DNA of 64,000 nucleotides, from the IMG/VR virus record IMGVR_UViG_3300025695_000009; one strand, 5' to 3'. The notes under the pieces were generated by a model that was not told where the DNA came from, made no database searches, and was given only the letters and a program-made list of their open reading frames with translations. This DNA is from an uncultured virus (IMG/VR IMGVR_UViG_3300025695_000009) (taxonomy: Duplodnaviria > Heunggongvirae > Uroviricota > Caudoviricetes). The position numbers and the translations under genes are program-made. Below are positions 58,109 to 64,000 of the stretch, piece by piece (the stretch's first letter is position 1; each line of letters starts with the position of its first letter).

Positions 58109-58351
58109 TTAATTAGACCCCGAAATACGTTCCGTATTCATTATTTGGTCTAACTTAGTGGATGTGATATGAATCTGTTCCCTGATTTCTTTTACTTTGT
58201 CTGTTGTGGTATCTGTAGATTTTAAGTGACTAACACTTACTGGAGTTTGGAGTCTACAATGATGTCCAGTCTCTGTGGTTGAAACTAGTAATATAGTGAA
58301 TGTCATTAACAATAATGTAACGACTGTCGGTATATATTTATTCTTTTTCAA
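58109..58351 (-). CDS. membrane-anchored small protein
   Basis: N-terminal TM plus coiled coil. Confidence 0.6.
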   Translation of the reverse strand: MKKNKYIPTVVTLLLMTFTILLVSTTETGHHCRLQTPVSVSHLKSTDTTTDKVKEIREQIHITSTKLDQIMNTERISGSN

Positions 58352-58592
58352 GTTTTTCTAAAATTTTATCAACTTTACCGTCTACAGATTTAAGGTCTCT
58401 CTTGATGTAGTCTAATTCTACTTGTAGAGCCTCAGGATTTACCTTTTCTAATTTCTGTTCCATTCTCTCAACCTTATCCTTAAGTAACTCAGTCTTAGTA
58501 TCCATACGATAGTATAGACCAACTGCAGATAAAATAAGAACAGTTATCGTGATGTAATCTTTAAGTGCGAATTTTGGTGCCGTTATTGCCAT
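58338..58592 (-). CDS. membrane protein with coiled coil (holin/XhlA-like possible)
   Basis: single TM then heptad repeats ending KVDKILE; TATTTAT at 58611-58617. Confidence 0.55.
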   Translation of the reverse strand: MAITAPKFALKDYITITVLILSAVGLYYRMDTKTELLKDKVERMEQKLEKVNPEALQVELDYIKRDLKSVDGKVDKILEKLEKE

Positions 58593-58714
58593 GTTTAAAA
58601 TCTTATACTAATAAATATCATTAAAAAATAGAAACTACAAACTTAAATAAAGTTTTTTTTAACTTATTTAATTTATTTAGTCTCTTTATATAAATACCTT
58701 AAAAAAGTTTTTAC

Positions 58715-58748
58715 AAAAAAAAACCTCTGCAGTTTTACTACAGAGGTT
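58715..58748 (-). terminator. intrinsic terminator of the large ncRNA
   Basis: minus strand AACCTCTGTAG-TAAAA-CTGCAGAGGTT plus T-tract; wobble works only on minus. Confidence 0.85.
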
Positions 58749-58759
58749 GAGGGGTATTG

Positions 58760-59495
58760 AACGCTGAGACTACACGTCTATGTGATTCGTCTTTAGGTGG
58801 TGTACCTCAATGATGAGTTGCCATCCTGTCCACCATACTTTAGTATAGTATCGAATCAGTGTCGGTTATTTACGTGAACCACTCGTTTCGTTGAACAACT
58901 ACTCAACTACAAAATTAAACTATCGAATCTTGCGGACTCACTAAGGGCTGACCACCCACTAATTTTATCGTAATCGACATCGGAAGACTTGCGGTCTTAC
59001 GAAGACTTCATTAATCCTATGGACCTGAAGTATTAGACACCTTTCGTTGTCAACGCCTGAAGTCTTTTGCTTGTATCTATCTTATAATAGTAGCAAAATG
59101 TGAGTTAAGTAAAGATGTGCTTCAGGAGAAGGTTCATTCCTTTTGGGAAAGAAATACTTCACACCTTTATGTAAGTCTGTCAACCTACGGTATTTCAGGA
59201 CTACGTTTACTTTAACGTATCGGTAACCCTTAATACTGGTACTCAGCCCTACAATATCTGACAGGATATGTCGAACCGTCACCTGTGGTTTATCCTATTG
59301 GTATCACTACCTCAACTTCGAAATCTCACAAATTCAAAGTATCTTCTTTCCCTCAACAGTTGTCCTCAGGAAATTAGACGTTACCACTTTGTTTAGTTGT
59401 CAGAGTTAAACTCTGCGGGTTTCCAATAGATACTACTCTACCTTCTACCCCTTTAGTCCTGTTGCCAGGTTTATCTAACGACGCTAAACCGCCAA
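58760..59495 (-). ncRNA. large (~735 nt) structured non-coding RNA, GOLLD-like
   Basis: GC-enriched and ORF-poor; many hairpins including GCAA-loop stems; own promoters, boxA and terminator; family name from size and recalled resemblance only. Confidence 0.7.
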
Positions 59496-59574
59496 TTTGA
59501 TTATATATTTACACTTTTTAAAGGGGGTTAATCCATCAACAAAATATTGATATAATCAAACTAATACATTAAAT

Positions 59575-59728
59575 AAAGAACTCGTCTAAATTTTATTACC
59601 TTACAAATCTAAGGATAGTTTTTCATTATGTCAAACTATTTTTTAAATTTTTAAGGTTTTTTTTGTATTTGTTATAATCTTAACGACTTTAACTATACAA
59701 ATGTAGAAAATAAATATAACAGTATCAA
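59575..59728 (-). promoter_or_regulatory. tandem promoters and boxA-like site for the ncRNA
   Basis: TTG-N20-TACATTTG (59698-59728); TTTG-N20-TAGATTTG (59604-59635); TATTTAT (59710-59716); AGTTCTTT (59575-59582). Confidence 0.7.
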
Positions 59729-59765
59729 CTAAAGTTCTATTTTATTTGACACTTTTTTTAGTTTT

Positions 59766-61601
59766 CTACTCTACCGTCACACTTTTTGCTAAGTTTCTAG
59801 GTTTGTCAACGTCTTTACCATTCAATGATGCGATTTTATACGATAGTAATTGTAGTGGTACAACCGTCAATAACGGAGATACATACTCATTAACTTCATC
59901 AATATAAATTACGTCATCAACAATAGTCTTAGTCATTTCATCACCTTTGTAACAAATAGCAATAACTTTACCACCTCTCGCCTTTACCTCTTGGATATTA
60001 GATAAAACTTTATCGTAGTGAGGACCTGATTGTGCTATGAACACACTAGGACAATTCTCATCAATCAGAGCGATTGGTCCGTGTTTCATCTCACCAGCAG
60101 GATATCCCTCAGCATGAATATAAGATATCTCTTTTAGTTTTAACGCTCCCTCCAATGCAGTTGGGAAGTTAATACCTCGACCCATAAATAAAAAGTCTTC
60201 ATAGTCCTTATACTTTTCAGCAATTCTAAATATCTCTTCCTTATTATCAAGTATGTTCTTAATCTTCTCAGGAATAAATCTTAGAGACTGTTTGATATTA
60301 TAGAACTCATGGTCTGTAATGTTATTAAGTTGTTTCGATAGTTTTAACGCCAACAACATAAAAGCCGTCACCTGTCCTGTGTACGCCTTTGTAGATGCAA
60401 CCCCAATCTCAATACCTGAGTGTGTGTATATTCCGGCATCTACCATACGTGCGATTGAAGAACCAACGGAATTGACCACACCGAATAAAGTAGCACCCCT
60501 TTCCTTAGCCATCTCCAATGCCGCTTTGGTATCTGCAGTTTCTCCTGACTGAGAAATCGCAATAACAACATCTCCGTGTTGAATAATAGGATTACGATAT
60601 CTGAACTCAGACGCGTAATCAACCTCAACGGGTATTCGGGTTAAATTCTCAATTAAGTATTTCCCCACTAACCCAGCGTGCCAACTAGTACCACAAGCAA
60701 CAATAAAAATACGTTGTGCTCTTAATAGTTTTGGTAATATACTCTCCGTTCCTCCCATCATAAGTGGTAAGTCCCCGTCTGTTAAACGACCCCGTAAGCA
60801 ATTTAAAATGGTTTCTGGTTGTTCAGCAATTTCCTTTAACATAAAAGAATCAAAACCACCTTTCTCGATTGTTTCTAAGTCTAAATCAACTTTCTCAATC
60901 ACAGGATTAACATCTTTATTATCCATATCAATAATACGAATACCACCCTCTGTAATTGTGGCAATCTGATTATCCTCGACATAAATAATGTCATCCGTAT
61001 GAGTAAGGATTGGAGTGGCATCGGATGCAACCATAAAGTAGTCCTCACCGATACCTATCGCCATTGGTGAACTTTTCCTTGCGGTTACAACCTTATCCTC
61101 GTTAGTATCCATCACTAAGATAGCATACGCTCCAACAACTTCTTTTAGTGAGAGTCTAACAGACTCCTCTAATGAACATTCACACTTTACCTTAACATAG
61201 TGAATCCAATTCACCAAAACTTCAGTGTCAGTATCCGAATGGAATTCATACCCTTCAGACTTTAACTTAGTTTTAAGTGTTTCGTAATTCTCAATAATTC
61301 CGTTATGGACTAATGTGATTGTCCCATCGTTGGATGAGTGTGGGTGGGCATTTCTAACTTCAGGTGCTCCGTGGGTAGCCCAACGAGTATGACCAATAAC
61401 CATATTAGTCTCACTAAATGTACTATCCAACTTATTAACCAATTGGTCAACACCTCCCACCGCTCGAGTAACAGTAATCCCGTCTTTAGTACGTATCGCA
61501 ATACCTGAAGAATCATACCCTCGATATTCCAAACGAAACAATCCGTTGATTACTTTATTGACCGGTGAGTCATTACCTATATATCCTACAATCCCACACA
61601 T
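59766..61601 (-). CDS. glmS: glutamine-fructose-6-phosphate aminotransferase (isomerizing)
   Basis: MCGIVG, LEYRGYDS, GHTRWATHG, SQSGETADT, EGALKLKEISY, PRNLAKSVTVE. Confidence 0.97.
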   Translation of the reverse strand: MCGIVGYIGNDSPVNKVINGLFRLEYRGYDSSGIAIRTKDGITVTRAVGGVDQLVNKLDSTFSETNMVIGHTRWATHGAPEVRNAHPHSSNDGTITLVHNGIIENYETLKTKLKSEGYEFHSDTDTEVLVNWIHYVKVKCECSLEESVRLSLKEVVGAYAILVMDTNEDKVVTARKSSPMAIGIGEDYFMVASDATPILTHTDDIIYVEDNQIATITEGGIRIIDMDNKDVNPVIEKVDLDLETIEKGGFDSFMLKEIAEQPETILNCLRGRLTDGDLPLMMGGTESILPKLLRAQRIFIVACGTSWHAGLVGKYLIENLTRIPVEVDYASEFRYRNPIIQHGDVVIAISQSGETADTKAALEMAKERGATLFGVVNSVGSSIARMVDAGIYTHSGIEIGVASTKAYTGQVTAFMLLALKLSKQLNNITDHEFYNIKQSLRFIPEKIKNILDNKEEIFRIAEKYKDYEDFLFMGRGINFPTALEGALKLKEISYIHAEGYPAGEMKHGPIALIDENCPSVFIAQSGPHYDKVLSNIQEVKARGGKVIAICYKGDEMTKTIVDDVIYIDEVNEYVSPLLTVVPLQLLSYKIASLNGKDVDKPRNLAKSVTVE

Positions 61602-61607
61602 ATAATA

Positions 61608-61823
61608 CTATCCTACTAATGTACCTTTAAGACTTCTAAGAGCCTCCATCTTATCTTTTGCCGATGCTAATTGGTCGATAAGACCATCAATCTCTTCCGT
61701 GTGTTGTGGGTGTTCCCCAATCGCCACAGGGTTTTTGAAATAAATGGTTAATCTTGCCGTTGCATCTGCAATATCAGATTCGTACTTTTTGACTGTTGCG
61801 TCGTATAATAATTCACTAATCAT
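61608..61823 (-). CDS. small conserved phage protein
   Basis: Y..NPVAIGEHPQ..EE. Confidence 0.7.
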   Translation of the reverse strand: MISELLYDATVKKYESDIADATARLTIYFKNPVAIGEHPQHTEEIDGLIDQLASAKDKMEALRSLKGTLVG

Positions 61824-61840
61824 AATTCTGTTTTTTAGTT

Positions 61841-62896
61841 TTACTTTATAAATGTAGTATTTGTTTTTAGTCTTTTCAAGCTCTCGATAAACATTTTTAT
61901 CACAGATTCTACATCATCTTTATGTGCCATCTCAACAGTTGTATGCATGTACTTTAATGGTGTTGCAACAATCGCAGTTGGTATACCACCATCAGCTAAG
62001 AAGAATCCCATAGTGTCGTTACCATACGAACCAATCGTTAGTTGGTAAGGTATCTCATTTTCATCTCCAACTGTTCTGAATAACTCAATCAACTGTCTAT
62101 GGTTTTGTGCGGTGTGTTCAATAGCGCAACCGTTACCACCAATAGTCTCACAGTCCTTCTTAACATCATACATCGGTGCCTTTGTGATATGACACACATC
62201 AGTTACCAATGCAACATCTGGTTTGATATTATTAGCAATCATTCTCGCTCCGTACAATCCAACTTCCTCCTGTACTGAATTGACAACATACAAATCAAAC
62301 GGTAACTTATCACCATTCTCTTTTAATCTACGAGTAACCTCTGCGATGATGTAACCACCAATCTTATTATCCAATGCCTTTCCAACATAATAGTTACCCA
62401 TCTCGTGTAGTCGGTCATCGAAGTTTACAATGTTACCCACTTCAATACCCATTTCGATAACCTCATCCTTAGAACTCGCACCCACATCGATAAAGTTATT
62501 CTTCAATGATGGATTGTCCTCTTTGTCTTTTCTTACGTGAATCGCTGGCCAACCAAATACTCCCTTTAGTCTACCGTTCTTTCTCGTATGAATAACCACT
62601 GTTTTTGATGGGGCAATCTGATGGTCTGAACCACCGTGTCTAACCACATATACAAAACCGTCAGCATCAATGTGAGAAATCATCCATGAAATCTCATCAC
62701 AATGTGCCTCAATAACAACTTTCTGTGCTCCTTCAATACCTGACTTTACAATACCATAAGCAGTACCATAGTTATCGTGATGAATCTCATCAACATACTC
62801 AGTTAAATAATCCGTCCACACCTTTTGTCCCTCACCTTCTTCGGCAACAGGAGAATACGCATTTAGGTAATCATATAAAAATTCCTTACTGTCCAT
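61841..62896 (-). CDS. M42 family metallo-aminopeptidase
   Basis: EAHCDEI, GG, DVG, ALDNK.G, VQEEVG..GA, DV, PLKYMHT..E; start refined to MDSKEF. Confidence 0.9.
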   Translation of the reverse strand: MDSKEFLYDYLNAYSPVAEEGEGQKVWTDYLTEYVDEIHHDNYGTAYGIVKSGIEGAQKVVIEAHCDEISWMISHIDADGFVYVVRHGGSDHQIAPSKTVVIHTRKNGRLKGVFGWPAIHVRKDKEDNPSLKNNFIDVGASSKDEVIEMGIEVGNIVNFDDRLHEMGNYYVGKALDNKIGGYIIAEVTRRLKENGDKLPFDLYVVNSVQEEVGLYGARMIANNIKPDVALVTDVCHITKAPMYDVKKDCETIGGNGCAIEHTAQNHRQLIELFRTVGDENEIPYQLTIGSYGNDTMGFFLADGGIPTAIVATPLKYMHTTVEMAHKDDVESVIKMFIESLKRLKTNTTFIK

Positions 62897-62930
62897 ATTT
62901 ATTAATTTAATACTATTTATTAAAAGAAAT

Positions 62931-63275
62931 ATGAATATAAAATTTAAAGATATCAACTTACCAGTCACTTTATGTGTCACTCCAGAACAAATACGTAAAG
63001 GTATTCAGGGGTTGGACTCATTAAACGGTGAAGGATACTTATTTTTCTTATCGGAAGGTCAACATTCCTTTTGGATGAAAGACTGCCTAATCCCAATAGA
63101 TATTATATTTCTTCAGGACGGTAAAATTACAGAAATTTATTCGGATTGCCAACCCTGCACCTCAGAAGATTGTGAAAAATATTTAGGTACTGGTAATATG
63201 GTATTAGAAGTTGAATCAGGTTTTTGTTCACAACACGACATAAAAAAAGGAGAATCCTTTCGAATTCTCCCTTAA
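62931..63275 (+). CDS. DUF192 family protein
   Basis: G..F...SFWMKD.LIPIDIIF...VLEV..G. Confidence 0.85.
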   Translation: MNIKFKDINLPVTLCVTPEQIRKGIQGLDSLNGEGYLFFLSEGQHSFWMKDCLIPIDIIFLQDGKITEIYSDCQPCTSEDCEKYLGTGNMVLEVESGFCSQHDIKKGESFRILP

Positions 63276-63298
63276 TAATTTATAGTTTTAGTTTTAGA

Positions 63299-64000
63299 TT
63301 ACTCAGCTAATCTACCAATGATTGTCTTAAACTGACTCTCAGTAATCTTAAAAGTCTTAGCCGATTCTTCTATGTTTGAATTTGCTATCTGTGCTCTTAA
63401 TTTCTCAACCATCTTACCCTGTACATTTTTAGTCAATGCAACATATGGTGTAACACTATTATCTTTTTTTGGTGTATACTTACCATAACTAGGTTTCATT
63501 GCTCTTCTAAAGTATTGTAACCCTGAAATGTTGGTAATACATTTATGACCACCTGAGTTTCTTTCGATTATCTTAATTAATGGAATACCAATTTTGTTTA
63601 ATACGTCCCATTGTTTGTCCGTCAACTCATTTGATGGTTTACTCATAATACTTTCAATTACTTTTAAGTAACTTCTACTCATACCTTCTAACTCTTCATC
63701 CGCGTATAGTGCTTTTAAATCTGAGAATGTGAAACCTATTGGGTTTTCTAACTTCTCAACTTTACTCCCTTCTGAAACGTGTTTGATAGTTGAAAGAGGT
63801 ACAATCTTATCTTTACCCCAATCTCTCATCTCATCAATGATTTCATTAGCAATCTCACCTAAGTTAACACCTTTCAACGCTCTGTCCTCCTTAAATGGAT
63901 TACACGAAGCCTGTACTAATCCCATTGGCCAAGCAATAACTAAAAAGTCAGCGTCAGGATAGTTTTTAAACGGAGTATATCTATCATACGAACCTGGTTT
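63299..64000 (-). CDS. C-terminal part of a protein with DHHA1-like GGH motif (runs off the window)
   Basis: frame open to 64000 (KPGSYDRYTPF...); SGGHKCITN; C-terminal IEES/KITESQF. Confidence 0.65.
   Translation of the reverse strand, partial: KPGSYDRYTPFKNYPDADFLVIAWPMGLVQASCNPFKEDRALKGVNLGEIANEIIDEMRDWGKDKIVPLSTIKHVSEGSKVEKLENPIGFTFSDLKALYADEELEGMSRSYLKVIESIMSKPSNELTDKQWDVLNKIGIPLIKIIERNSGGHKCITNISGLQYFRRAMKPSYGKYTPKKDNSVTPYVALTKNVQGKMVEKLRAQIANSNIEESAKTFKITESQFKTIIGRLAE

Noticed and set aside
59082..59282. 66-aa ORF inside the large RNA
   Set aside because: GTG start, atypical composition, and lies within structured RNA.
58760..59495. RNase P RNA, tmRNA, or group I/II intron
   Set aside because: No GAGGAAAGUCC RNase P core, no tRNA-like ends, no interrupted gene or GUGCG 5' end; it has its own promoter and terminator.
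1903..59716. Canonical T4 late promoters TATAAATA on the coding strand
   Set aside because: The ATAAATA occurrences near gene starts are mainly on the template strand, so the coding-strand motif is TATTTAT.
61602..61840. glmS ribozyme upstream of glmS
   Set aside because: The upstream space is occupied by a coding gene ending 6 nt before the glmS start.
524..63962. Antisense or out-of-frame shadow ORFs (e.g. 524..781, 3965..4285, 7877..8239, 14204..14509, 39968..40291, 41382..41765, 47176..47463, 49902..50420, 63729..63962)
   Set aside because: They overlap better-supported genes and have no motifs; hydrophobic runs mirror codon bias of the real strand.
1..64000. Alternative genetic code (TAG or TGA reassignment)
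   Set aside because: Recognisable genes are full-length in the standard code, and TAA, TAG and TGA all end genes at sensible boundaries.
1..64000. tRNA genes
   Set aside because: No cloverleaf with a T-loop and acceptor stem recognised by eye; tRNAscan-SE would be needed to exclude them formally.

Overview
AT-rich, gene-dense 64-kb segment of a large (probably jumbo-class) tailed phage infecting aquatic Bacteroidota, most likely Flavobacteriia. Evidence: many TTG-N19/20-TAnnTTTG host-type promoters, A-rich translation starts without Shine-Dalgarno sites, Bacteroidota-type lipoproteins and a T9SS-like cargo protein, a T4-like RNA ligase with split PNK, five 2OG-Fe(II) oxygenases, and no bacterial housekeeping operons. 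No capsid, terminase or polymerase gene lies in the window. Recognisable genes include cysC, three sulfotransferase-like and several glycosyltransferase-like genes, rmlC, a UDP-sugar dehydrogenase, glmS, DHFR and an M42 peptidase. Many orphan genes share an upstream TATTTAT motif (candidate late promoter) and I/L-x-E propeptide or linker motifs. The most unusual signals are non-coding: (1) a ~735-nt structured, GOLLD-like RNA expressed like an rRNA operon (58760-59495); (2) a three-hairpin element with two blocks complementary to 23S rRNA helix 69-71 in permuted order (29456-29529); (3) a candidate late sRNA carrying an orphan extended Shine-Dalgarno sequence (1808-1910); (4) three ~52-nt repeats with cGNAg mini-hairpins (18208-18483); (5) a candidate origin or terminus at ~43.5-44.5 kb with a strand-skew switch, G-tracts, DnaA-box-like 9-mers, iterons and two tandem convergent-promoter cassettes. 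All protein and RNA family calls come from motif recognition by eye, not database searches.
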